Assembly (NCBI GenBank): GCA_965660445.1
Contig: CBFIAK010000001.1
Location: forward strand, 764,228 to 828,227
Direction of reading: 5' to 3'
DNA length: 64,000 bases
From: Patescibacteria group bacterium
GTDB lineage: Bacteria; Patescibacteriota; Gracilibacteria; UBA4473
Positions 10,165 through 19,226 of this stretch are shown piece after piece. The notes beneath the pieces are model-generated. The model saw nothing but the letters and a program-made list of their open reading frames with translations, searched no databases and was not told the DNA's origin. The position numbers and the translations under genes are program-made. Position 1 is the first letter of the stretch, and every line of letters starts with the position of its first letter.

Positions 10165-11175
10165 ATGATAATCAAAAAAAAGAAATACTCAACGAAAAAA
10201 CAGAAAAAAACAATACAACTTGTTTTGATCTTTTTGAGCGCAATGATCTCCACGAATAGAGTATTCTCACAATGGAATCCTTTTGAACTTCATTCCTTAC
10301 AAGAAGAAGTTTTTATCGAACGTCCAACATTCCAAAAATACAAACTTCACGGGATAAAAATCGCTCATAAATATTCAAACGACCTTTCGTTTAAATGCAT
10401 ATCTCAACGAGTCAATTTTCATATAGCACACCATATAAATAACAATGAAACACAAAAAAAAATACTGAAATCATCACCAAATGTATCAACTATTGCTCTT
10501 CGAGTAAACAAAGAATACGATTTTACTCAGTGGCTTTTGCGTCAAGGATATGGTCGCATAGAAAAATCTGAATTTGTTTCAAACGCCGAACAAAAACGCT
10601 GGGAAAAAGCAGAAAAAGAAGCTCAAAAATATAAACGCGGAATATGGTCTCATTGCGAAAAAGAGTATCGAATCGAAAAACAACCAACACAATGGAAACG
10701 ATCGTTTGATAAAAAAGCTCATTCTTATTATGCTCCCATAAGTACCGCAAAAGTACGAAAAGTGATCACTGGAAACGTAATAGAAATTGAGAATGGTATT
10801 CGCATTGCTCTCTTAGGACTTCGCGTTCCTTCTTTAAAAAGCGAAAACAAAGCTGAACAATGTTTTGCGCAATTATCAAAAAAATATCTTCGTTCTCGAA
10901 TAGAAGGAAAAACTGTATTCTTAAAGAGAGAATCCACCAATATAGATAGAAATAGAAACCTTCTTCGCCATATATATCTCCCTCTGTTTGATAAAGCTCA
11001 AACAGAAATTCATATCAATAAAGAAGTTATTCAAGAAGGATATGCTCAAAGCCATTGGGAATCAGAAAGAATCGATACCTCTTTTAAAAACAAGTTTGAA
11101 ACAATTCAGAACCATGTTTATCAAAACCCAAAAGGAGCGTTTCTAGAATGTTTACAACTTATATTCAATCAATAA
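10165..11175 (+). CDS. Thermonuclease (SNase-like) domain protein, apparently two degenerate SNase units
   Basis: LLRQGYGR...AEKEAQKYKRGIW; VRKVITGNVIEI..IRIALLGLRVP; DRNRNLLRHIY; INKEVIQEGYA. Confidence 0.65.
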   Translation: MIIKKKKYSTKKQKKTIQLVLIFLSAMISTNRVFSQWNPFELHSLQEEVFIERPTFQKYKLHGIKIAHKYSNDLSFKCISQRVNFHIAHHINNNETQKKILKSSPNVSTIALRVNKEYDFTQWLLRQGYGRIEKSEFVSNAEQKRWEKAEKEAQKYKRGIWSHCEKEYRIEKQPTQWKRSFDKKAHSYYAPISTAKVRKVITGNVIEIENGIRIALLGLRVPSLKSENKAEQCFAQLSKKYLRSRIEGKTVFLKRESTNIDRNRNLLRHIYLPLFDKAQTEIHINKEVIQEGYAQSHWESERIDTSFKNKFETIQNHVYQNPKGAFLECLQLIFNQ

Positions 11176-11178
11176 ACA

Positions 11179-11607
11179 CTATCCCGTCGAACCAAACCCT
11201 CCTCGAGAATCACCTTTTGGAACATGTGATTCCTCAAATTCAGCTCTGTGAACATGGACGAAAAGTCCTTGCGCGATACGTTCACCTCGATCAACAAAAA
11301 CTTCCTGATCACTTATATTGAGAACTTGAATTCGAATTTCATCTTCTGGCCCATGATAGTCAGCATCGATAAGTCCGGGGGCGTTTGGAATAAGTAAATG
11401 CTTCTTACGAGCTAATGAGCTACGAGGTAATATGAGTAATGCAAGATGCTCTGGACAAGCAATAATAACATTCGCGGGGATAAGTGCAATTCCTCGAGGA
11501 GGGATCACTGTTTTTTCACGTACAATAAAATCAAAAGCAAAAGATCCCTTTGTTTCATATTGCGGCAACGGAAGTGTTTTATCGATTCTACAAATTTGTA
11601 TATTCAT
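11179..11607 (-). CDS. dut: dUTPase
   Basis: PRSS, GLIDADYHG, GERIAQ, RGGFGSTG. Confidence 0.95.
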   Translation of the reverse strand: MNIQICRIDKTLPLPQYETKGSFAFDFIVREKTVIPPRGIALIPANVIIACPEHLALLILPRSSLARKKHLLIPNAPGLIDADYHGPEDEIRIQVLNISDQEVFVDRGERIAQGLFVHVHRAEFEESHVPKGDSRGGFGSTG

Positions 11608-11685
11608 ATAAAGAGCATAACGGGAAAGATGAAGAAATTCAATTGATTAGACACAAAAAAAAAGTTTTCTATACTGCATTATGAC

Positions 11686-13209
11686 ATGAAAAAACACATT
11701 ATAACAGCTTTCTTCCTTACTCTTCCCCTCACACTCTTTGCACAAGAAGACACCACCCCACTCCCACAAACAACCATAGGTCCTGTTTTCGAGGAAGAAC
11801 GTATTATTCCTGAAATGAAGATTCCTTCCCATATTGCTTTGCATAATGAAGCTTCTTTTGATGCCTCATCATCACGGCTTATGTCACCTTCTTCTGGGCA
11901 AGCAAATTATGCATGGGATTTTGGTGATGATTCCCCTCTTGCTTGGGGAAGTAATGTAAGACACACCTATACAAAACCCGGACTCTACACAGTAAAACTC
12001 AAGGTATCACAAGGACGCCGAAGTGAATCACTCGCACAAGAAATTATTGTTTATGATCGCATAGGAACACTAATCACTGACTCAACCGATCCCACTGAAA
12101 TACTATACCAAGCTGGTACAAACGGAATTCATTTACGAACCATTACGTATGAATCAGGGTCTGGGTTTTCTTCAGAAGAGGATTTTATTCGACGGTTACA
12201 AGAGAACGTAACGAGTCTTTCTGAATCAGAAATTATTATATTCTATACAAGCTCCACAAGGGCCCTTCAAAATGTCGGACAATGGTGGCAAAAGTTGTCG
12301 GAAGAAAATCGATTTAATATTCGTGAAAAATTATGGGTTCAGATACTAGCAGAAGGTTCTCTCACCAATTCCCGAAAATCATTACAACCTGTTTTTTCTA
12401 TATTAAAACCCAACTTTATACTTTTAACCCGTCCGAGTAGTTTAAATATTTTATTTAAAAATGTTGACCCAAGCCAAGCATTAAAAATAATAGAACAGCG
12501 ACGAATTGAAAATGTTATTGTTGACGAAAGATCTGCCACTTCAAAAATACTCATTCTTTCTAACCTGACGAGTTATTTTGTGACCAATGGAATTTCACAA
12601 AACGTGATTTACCTCCTTTTAGCCGTTCCAATGATTGCTTTTATCATTGCGTTTTTCCGTCAATTTGTTGGTATTTCTACTTTTGGGGTCTATACCCCTT
12701 TAATGCTCAGCCTTAGTTTTTTGATTCTCGGGTTTTGGTTTGGACTCTTTGTTTTTTTATCAGTTATGATTGTGAGTTATATCATTCGTCTTATCTTTGA
12801 AAAAGTAGATCTTCTCTATATTCCCAAAGTAAGTCTCTTATTTAGTGTTTTATCGATTTTGTTTTTTTTCGTTCTTGGACTGGCTATTTATTTCGAAACA
12901 CCCATTAACCTCACGCTGACAATATTCCCAATGCTTATGATGGTATCACTTTCAGAGAAATTTATTTCTACCCAATCAAGCAGTGGAATGTTTCGTGCAT
13001 TTTTAGCGACAGCCGAAACTATTGTTGTGTCTCTCATCGGATATATTTTTGTTGTATGGGAATGGGTACAAAGTAGTATTATTTCTATTCCAGAACTTAT
13101 TTTGATTCCTCTTATCGGAACTATCTGGCTTGGAACATTTACAGGGCTTCGAATAAGTGAATACATAAAATTTCGAACACTTTTTCAAGAAGACAACCAA
13201 GAAGAATAA
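11686..13209 (+). CDS. PKD-domain plus 7TM (7TM_transglut-like) membrane protein
   Basis: Signal peptide; PKD YAWDFGD...HTYTKPGLYTVKL; RQFVGISTFGVYTP, IFPML..SLSEKF, GTFTGLRISEYIKF; acidic tail EDNQEE. Confidence 0.85.
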   Translation: MKKHIITAFFLTLPLTLFAQEDTTPLPQTTIGPVFEEERIIPEMKIPSHIALHNEASFDASSSRLMSPSSGQANYAWDFGDDSPLAWGSNVRHTYTKPGLYTVKLKVSQGRRSESLAQEIIVYDRIGTLITDSTDPTEILYQAGTNGIHLRTITYESGSGFSSEEDFIRRLQENVTSLSESEIIIFYTSSTRALQNVGQWWQKLSEENRFNIREKLWVQILAEGSLTNSRKSLQPVFSILKPNFILLTRPSSLNILFKNVDPSQALKIIEQRRIENVIVDERSATSKILILSNLTSYFVTNGISQNVIYLLLAVPMIAFIIAFFRQFVGISTFGVYTPLMLSLSFLILGFWFGLFVFLSVMIVSYIIRLIFEKVDLLYIPKVSLLFSVLSILFFFVLGLAIYFETPINLTLTIFPMLMMVSLSEKFISTQSSSGMFRAFLATAETIVVSLIGYIFVVWEWVQSSIISIPELILIPLIGTIWLGTFTGLRISEYIKFRTLFQEDNQEE

Positions 13210-13224
13210 ACTGATTCCCCTACC

Positions 13225-15555
13225 ATGATTCCTTTTTTGACTCATACGACAGATATTTTAGGACTTAATGCCCGAAATTTACTGTATATCCAAAAATATA
13301 ACTCAAGGGCTCATAAAAAATTAGCAAATGATAAAATATATACGAAAAATTTTTTAGAGTCCCGTAATATAAAAGTTGCAAAAACATACCATGTTATAAA
13401 AAGCTATAAGGAACTCACACCTGCATTTTTCAAAAACCTCCCTGATACTTTTGTTTTAAAACCCAATAAAGGATGGGGGGGGAACGGAATTCTTATTATA
13501 GAAAAACGAAAAGAAGACCGTTGGATTACTTCATCAGGAAAAACACTCAACCTTGAACGACTTTTTCAACACTGTGTAGCCATATTAGATGGGAAATACT
13601 CACTTTCTGGTATTGATGATGTTATTATCTTCGAAGAAAAACTCGAAAAACATCCATCGCTGCGATATTTCAATGACATAGGACTTCCCGATATTCGATT
13701 GATTGTCTTTAATATGGTTCCTATTATGGCTATGATTCGTATACCCACCGAAGATTCTGATGGAAAAGCAAATATGGAAATCGGGGGGATTGGTGTTGGA
13801 ATAGATATTGGAACGGGTATCACTACTCGCGCAGCACAATATGTAAAAAGCATATCAAGAATGCCAAACGGAAACTCTGTTTCTGGTTTTCATGTTCCTC
13901 ATTGGAATGAACTGTTACTTAATGGTGCGAAAATACAAAATACAACAGGCATTGGGTATATTGGTGTTGATTTTGTACTCACGAAAACCGGATTAAAAGT
14001 ATTAGAAATAAACACGCTCCCCGGACTAAAAATACAAGTCGCCAATAAAATACCTTTAAAAAGAAGACTCGAAAAAGTTCATGACTTAAAAATAAAAACC
14101 CCCGAAGAAGGCGTTGAAATAGCGAAAACTCTATTTACACAAAAAGTTACAGCTGAAAAAACAGATTCAATAAAAATAAAAGAAGTAATTGGTGTAACAG
14201 AATCTGTGATTGTAAATATGGAAAAACCACTTCCTCTTATTGCTCATATTGATACATTGGCAGAGAAAAACACGATTCGATCAACACTCTATTCAGGAGG
14301 AGTTCTTGATATAACTATTGGGAAAAAAAGGTTAAAATTACCAGTCGAAAAATCTGACTCACAAGAACACGATATTATTCTCGCGAGCAAGTTTTTACAC
14401 GATTTTTATATAGACCCCAACAAGAAACCAGCACACCCCATTGGCAACCCATTGACAGCACAACTGGATGAAAAGATGATGATAAAACTTGATGAAAAAG
14501 TGTTTGAAATGGAACGCAATATTAATTTACTTCGTCATGTAAACCCTCAAAACTTAGAAGAACAACGAGAACTTTTTTTGCGTAATCCTGAATTTTCACC
14601 AAAGTTTGTTTACAAACCCGTGACCGATGATTTGTCTTATTTTGAAAAAGAACTCAAAAAAATACCAAAAATAAACCATCCTTTGTTTTGTTTATTTGAG
14701 GCAAAAGTACAAGAATTACATTCAAAAATTCATCTTATTCAAAACATTGGAAGTCCCCTCTTTCAAGACGCCAGTGAAAAAATGTTTGGTCGTGTATCAA
14801 CAAAAACGTATAAAGAAGCGATTCAATTCTGTAAAAAGAATCCCCTCATTGAGGACCCAAGTAAAGAACTGGATATAAAAAGTTCCCGAAAAATAATTAC
14901 AGAGTTTCTCAACTTATATAATCTTGGACACTGGAACATAAAAATTATTAATGAAAGTGTGGCTGATATTCAAGTAACAAAAGGTGGCAATATTTTGTTA
15001 CGAGACGGAGCCGTGTTTAAAGAAAACAGACTCAAAGCGCTTTTAGTACACGAAGTAGGCACTCATATTTTTCGGTTCGAGAATGGACGAAATCAGAGAT
15101 TTCGCATATTTGAACGTGGAACAGCTGGGTATTTACGAACAGAAGAAGGACTTGCTATTTGGAACCAAAACCAACTAGGACTCCAATTAGGCACAAAATA
15201 TCTTTCTCCCGCACATCAAGTAATTGCTATCTACAAAGGACAATCAATGTCTTTCTTAGACCTCTTTCATTCCTTAAAAAAAGAGTACCAGTTTGATGAC
15301 AAAAGAGCATGGAAAATGTGTTTACGATCAAAAAGAGGGCTTACTGATACTTCACAAAAACAATCATTCACAAAAGATGCGGTGTATTTTCAAGGAAACC
15401 AAGATATAGAAGCGTATATATCAAAAGGGAAAAAAATTGAAGACCTCTATATTGGAAAAATATCTATCGACGATATCCCACTACTCAAAACATATCCTGA
15501 TATAAAAAAACCAAAACTACTCCTTTCTCCAAAGAAAAATGCGCTATTACTCTAG
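13225..15555 (+). CDS. Fusion of RimK-related ATP-grasp ligase, degenerate retropepsin-like domain and DUF1704/MATCAP-type metallocarboxypeptidase
   Basis: ILGLNARN..YN..NDKIYTK, KPNKGWGGNG, PDIRLIV, GKANMEIGG, VLEINTLPGL; IG..E...AHIDTLA...FL..FYIDP; HEVGTH, TEEGLA, RSKRGLTDTS..FTKDAVYFQG, LYIGKI. Confidence 0.85.
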   Translation: MIPFLTHTTDILGLNARNLLYIQKYNSRAHKKLANDKIYTKNFLESRNIKVAKTYHVIKSYKELTPAFFKNLPDTFVLKPNKGWGGNGILIIEKRKEDRWITSSGKTLNLERLFQHCVAILDGKYSLSGIDDVIIFEEKLEKHPSLRYFNDIGLPDIRLIVFNMVPIMAMIRIPTEDSDGKANMEIGGIGVGIDIGTGITTRAAQYVKSISRMPNGNSVSGFHVPHWNELLLNGAKIQNTTGIGYIGVDFVLTKTGLKVLEINTLPGLKIQVANKIPLKRRLEKVHDLKIKTPEEGVEIAKTLFTQKVTAEKTDSIKIKEVIGVTESVIVNMEKPLPLIAHIDTLAEKNTIRSTLYSGGVLDITIGKKRLKLPVEKSDSQEHDIILASKFLHDFYIDPNKKPAHPIGNPLTAQLDEKMMIKLDEKVFEMERNINLLRHVNPQNLEEQRELFLRNPEFSPKFVYKPVTDDLSYFEKELKKIPKINHPLFCLFEAKVQELHSKIHLIQNIGSPLFQDASEKMFGRVSTKTYKEAIQFCKKNPLIEDPSKELDIKSSRKIITEFLNLYNLGHWNIKIINESVADIQVTKGGNILLRDGAVFKENRLKALLVHEVGTHIFRFENGRNQRFRIFERGTAGYLRTEEGLAIWNQNQLGLQLGTKYLSPAHQVIAIYKGQSMSFLDLFHSLKKEYQFDDKRAWKMCLRSKRGLTDTSQKQSFTKDAVYFQGNQDIEAYISKGKKIEDLYIGKISIDDIPLLKTYPDIKKPKLLLSPKKNALLL

Positions 15556-15568
15556 AGTAATAGCGCAT
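15539..15568. terminator. 30-bp perfect palindrome over the stop codon of the ATP-grasp fusion gene
   Basis: atgcgctattactct|agagtaatagcgcat between convergent genes; no U-tract. Confidence 0.5.
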
Positions 15569-15571
15569 ATG

Positions 15572-15748
15572 TCATAAAATACGTCGTGAAGAAAACCAAT
15601 CGGTTATCCTCCATCGAACGGGAACAGCGACACAAAAAAATGCCATTAACATTACATAGTAAACTGGATGGTGAAAAATCAACCACCATAGGAACCCATC
15701 CACACCTATAATAATGAGAATAAAAAAGAAGAAAAAAAATATCTTCAT
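15572..15748 (-). CDS. Putative small two-TM membrane protein
   Basis: 58-aa hydrophobic ORF MKIFFFFFFILIIIGVDGFLWW... downstream of argS. Confidence 0.4.
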   Translation of the reverse strand: MKIFFFFFFILIIIGVDGFLWWLIFHHPVYYVMLMAFFCVAVPVRWRITDWFSSRRIL

Positions 15749-15815
15749 AGAAGATTCCCCCAAGTACTGTGAAACAACATATGCACACTATAAAATAGAA
15801 AAGGGAAAAATCAAG

Positions 15816-17498
15816 TTACATTTTTTCAGGGACTGATATACCGAGTAATCGGAGTCCATGTTCAAGAACTGATAATGTTTTTTGAGCGAGTGAAAGTCGA
15901 GCTATAACAATTTTTTGATCAGACGCATTCAGAATTGGTGTTTCTGCATAATACCGTGACCATACTTGTGCAAGCTCAAGCAAATAGGTCGCAATATAGG
16001 TTGGATTTTTATGATGAGCGGCTTTAAAAAGCACCTCTTTCCATTCGAGTATTTTGATACCCAGTTCTTTTTCTTCTGAGCCTAAAGAATCCATATGAAA
16101 TCCATCAGACAATGAAACTGATGATTTTCGCAAAAGTGATTTAATACGAACTCCCGCATATTGCAAATACGGACCAGTCGCTCCCTCAAAAGCTAAAGAA
16201 GCTTCTGGGTCAAATGTAATTGATTTTTTAGGACCACAAGAAAGCAGATAGAATTTCCATCCAGCGTTCATAATTGATTCAGCAATAGCACGAGCTTCTG
16301 ATTCTGAAAGTTCTGGGTTTCGTTCTCGCACTTTTTCAAACGCATTATCAGACAATTCATCCATTAAGTTATCAGCATCAACCACTGTTCCTTCTCGTGA
16401 TTTCATTCTCCCAGTAGGTAAATGCACCATACCGTATCCTAAATGAAATAATCGGTCTGTATCCAAAACGCCTAATCGATCAAGACACAAGAATAAAACC
16501 TGAAAATGATAGTTTTGTTCATCAGCAACAATATAAATCATTTCATCTGGATGATGAAAATCCGTATCTCGTTGCACGGCAACAGCTAAGTCTTGCGTTA
16601 GGTAAATAGAGGTTCCATCAGCACGCAAAACGACTTTTTCATCAAGCTTTGCATCAGTAAGATCAATGACGATAGCTCCATCATCTCGGCGTTGAAACAC
16701 TTCTTTTTGAACTCCTTCTTCGGCAATAGTTTTGCCTTGTAAATACGTTTCCGATTCTTTATAGACTTTTTCAAATTGAACGCCTTGTCTTGTGTATGTT
16801 TGAGCATGTCCAGCAAGAGTCCATTCATTCATTTTTTTCCATAAGGCTCGAGTTGATTCATCTCCTTCTTCCCATTGTTGAAGTACCTCTTGCACTTTAT
16901 TTTTTAGGGTCTCGTCTTCCTTTGATTCTTGTTCAAATCGAACATAATAGTCTCCCACAAAATGATCTGGTTTTTTACTGACTGATTCTGGTGTTTCTCC
17001 GTTACCAAACAGCTGATACGCAAGCAATGATTTACAAATATGTACGCCCCTATCATTAATAATATTGACTCTGTGCACTGTCGCTCCCACTGCTTCTAAA
17101 ATACAAGACAAAGAGATACCAAGCGCATGATTTCTCATATGACCTAAGTGAAGCGGTTTATTAGTATTAGGCCCTGAGAACTCAAGTACAATATTTTTTT
17201 GGGTATGTGAAAACGAAAGTTCAGTCGCAAACACTGATCGGAAAAACGATTCGTTTCGAAACGAAACATTGAGATATTTGCCCGACACCAAAAGGTCTTC
17301 TATATCTGGTGACTGCTTGAGTATATTCTGTACTTTTTCAATCCATTCATCAGGATTTGTGTTTGTGTGACGTGCCAGACGAAAAAACGTAAGAGCCTTG
17401 TCTCCTTTTTGTCCTTTTGGAACAGGTGAGAAATCAATCAAATCAACGAGTTCTATATTGATATGATTTTGCAAATACGAACAAATAATGTCTTGCAT
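15816..17498 (-). CDS. argS: Arginine--tRNA ligase
   Basis: EFSGPNTNKPLHLGHMRN (HIGH), MKSREG, GATGPYLQY, C-terminal PEKM. Confidence 0.97.
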   Translation of the reverse strand: MQDIICSYLQNHINIELVDLIDFSPVPKGQKGDKALTFFRLARHTNTNPDEWIEKVQNILKQSPDIEDLLVSGKYLNVSFRNESFFRSVFATELSFSHTQKNIVLEFSGPNTNKPLHLGHMRNHALGISLSCILEAVGATVHRVNIINDRGVHICKSLLAYQLFGNGETPESVSKKPDHFVGDYYVRFEQESKEDETLKNKVQEVLQQWEEGDESTRALWKKMNEWTLAGHAQTYTRQGVQFEKVYKESETYLQGKTIAEEGVQKEVFQRRDDGAIVIDLTDAKLDEKVVLRADGTSIYLTQDLAVAVQRDTDFHHPDEMIYIVADEQNYHFQVLFLCLDRLGVLDTDRLFHLGYGMVHLPTGRMKSREGTVVDADNLMDELSDNAFEKVRERNPELSESEARAIAESIMNAGWKFYLLSCGPKKSITFDPEASLAFEGATGPYLQYAGVRIKSLLRKSSVSLSDGFHMDSLGSEEKELGIKILEWKEVLFKAAHHKNPTYIATYLLELAQVWSRYYAETPILNASDQKIVIARLSLAQKTLSVLEHGLRLLGISVPEKM

Positions 17499-17611
17499 AA
17501 CAGATAAATCTTATAAATCTTTGGGTATTATGATTATTTCATAAAAAAGAACAACTTGACATTTATTTTTATTGAGCATAAAGTTTGATCAACAATAACC
17601 TTTTTTCTTTC

Positions 17612-17836
17612 ATGAATTCATTTTCACAGCCTGAAAAAACAAACACAGACTATTTTCTTCAATATGCTGGGTATTCTCAAGCACAACTCGAAACCGAGCG
17701 TATAGAAGCACAAATACAGGGTGACTTTAAAAAAGAAGATTTTTTAAACGAATTGTTATGTCAAACAGATGTACTCAAAACACCTAAAGATTTACAAAAA
17801 GAAATCGAGAATCGAGTTTTAGAAATGATTGATTAG
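17612..17836 (+). CDS. Small hypothetical protein
   Basis: 74-aa acidic ORF divergent from argS, with TTGACA at 17556. Confidence 0.5.
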   Translation: MNSFSQPEKTNTDYFLQYAGYSQAQLETERIEAQIQGDFKKEDFLNELLCQTDVLKTPKDLQKEIENRVLEMID

Positions 17837-18144
17837 AGAAAATCGTTCATATTTACAATGCGATTATGACTATCAAAAACGCATCCAAGTTCTTCAAGCT
17901 TGATGCGTTTTTTTTGCACCATGTTTTCATCTTCACTCCCTCTGTATCCGCCCAGAAAACCATCTGATCGAACAACACGATAACAATTGCCCGTTTTCCA
18001 GTAAGGATAACAAGACAACCATTTTCCAACAGCACGAGCCAGTTTTTTATTTCCGAGCTGTTCTGCTAAACGAGCATAGGTTGTTATTTTTCCATGAGGA
18101 AGTGTTTCTAAAAGATGATAGAGTTTTTGTTGTTGAGTATTCAT
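17833..18144 (-). CDS. MGMT/alkyltransferase-like DNA-binding protein
   Basis: PHGKITTYARLA...ARAVG...NCYRVVRSDG (PCHRV-like) ..GGY. Confidence 0.85.
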   Translation of the reverse strand: MNTQQQKLYHLLETLPHGKITTYARLAEQLGNKKLARAVGKWLSCYPYWKTGNCYRVVRSDGFLGGYRGSEDENMVQKKRIKLEELGCVFDSHNRIVNMNDFL

Positions 18145-18434
18145 AGATGATCAAAAGAAACGACAAAAGCCCCACTACCTCCTTCTTGTAATTTTGCATC
18201 ACGAAAAGAAAAATTATTCTGTACTAAATAGTCCTGAATGGCTGGTTTTAAAACTGGTTTCAATGCAGATCGGTTTCCTTTCCCAGTAATAATACTGACT
18301 CGTTTTTGGTTCTTTTTTTGTGCCTCACAAAGAAAATGTTCTACGGCAAATAGAGCTTCTGTAGTAGAAAATCCATGAAGATCAAGAGAATTTTCGATAG
18401 TTGATGGATATTTGTTTTTCTTCGTTTGTTTCAT
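18141..18434 (-). CDS. Stand-alone Smr domain protein
   Basis: LDLHG, IITGKG, GGSGAFVV. Confidence 0.9.
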   Translation of the reverse strand: MKQTKKNKYPSTIENSLDLHGFSTTEALFAVEHFLCEAQKKNQKRVSIITGKGNRSALKPVLKPAIQDYLVQNNFSFRDAKLQEGGSGAFVVSFDHL

Positions 18435-18461
18435 ACAATAATAAGAAAATCAATATCTATA

Positions 18462-18965
18462 CTAAAACGAAAACAAAGAAGAAACAAATGATGATACTTT
18501 TTTTCGAATTGGTTCTGTTTCTGGTGCTACAGAAGATGCATAAAAAAGTTGTGGATACCTGTTTTGTAGAGGAAATAAAAACTCTCTTAGAATCATTTGA
18601 TGTGTCTCACCCGCATTCAATCTTGTATATATATCTTCAAGTTGATACACAGAAAAAACAGACGGTAAATGACTCTCTGGGCGCACAATCCGATTTCCTT
18701 CTTCATAAGGGATAAAATCCTGAGGAAAATAAGAAGCTATGCATTCTACAAAACGGATATATTCTGGAACTCGCTCAAGCACAATAGATCGAGGAACGCT
18801 GTTTGAACGTTTGCATTCTGATGCATACTGAATATATTCAGACAACCGGTCTAAATAAGCAATAAAGGCATCGTGTATATCTGTTCGAGGAGAGAGTATA
18901 TATCCCGAGGGTTCAGGATCATCAGAATCTAAAGGAGAGAACTGAGGAGAAGACATATTATTCAT
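18462..18965 (-). CDS. Hypothetical protein
   Basis: Long ORF with no recognised motif; start uncertain (18965 or 18956). Confidence 0.5.
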   Translation of the reverse strand: MNNMSSPQFSPLDSDDPEPSGYILSPRTDIHDAFIAYLDRLSEYIQYASECKRSNSVPRSIVLERVPEYIRFVECIASYFPQDFIPYEEGNRIVRPESHLPSVFSVYQLEDIYTRLNAGETHQMILREFLFPLQNRYPQLFYASSVAPETEPIRKKVSSFVSSLFSF

Positions 18966-19173
18966 CTTGTGTATCAGAAGATTTCGATTTGTTTTTTTGG
19001 GTGTATTTTTTGAGGAACTTTTCAGCCGTGGAAAGTCCACGAGAATACGCTTTTTTTGTGTATTGATGAGCTATATTTCTATTTTTCTTACTTGAGAAAA
19101 GCAAAGACAAAACCGAACCAATGGCTCCACCAACAATCATGCCGGTCAGTAAACTATTTTTTTTCTTTGTCAT
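18958..19173 (-). CDS. YtxH-like small membrane-anchored protein
   Basis: LLTGMIVGGAIGSVLSLLF followed by a basic helical tail. Confidence 0.7.
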   Translation of the reverse strand: MTKKKNSLLTGMIVGGAIGSVLSLLFSSKKNRNIAHQYTKKAYSRGLSTAEKFLKKYTQKNKSKSSDTQDE

Positions 19174-19226
19174 TGAGAAACAAACAATCAAATTATGCAG
19201 ACAGAGTACTCAAAACAAAAAGAAAA

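Noticed and set aside
15552-15788. 78-aa ORF ending ALLL like the convergent ATP-grasp gene
   Set aside because: The shared ending is forced by the 30-bp palindrome; the overlapping hydrophobic ORF is the more plausible gene.
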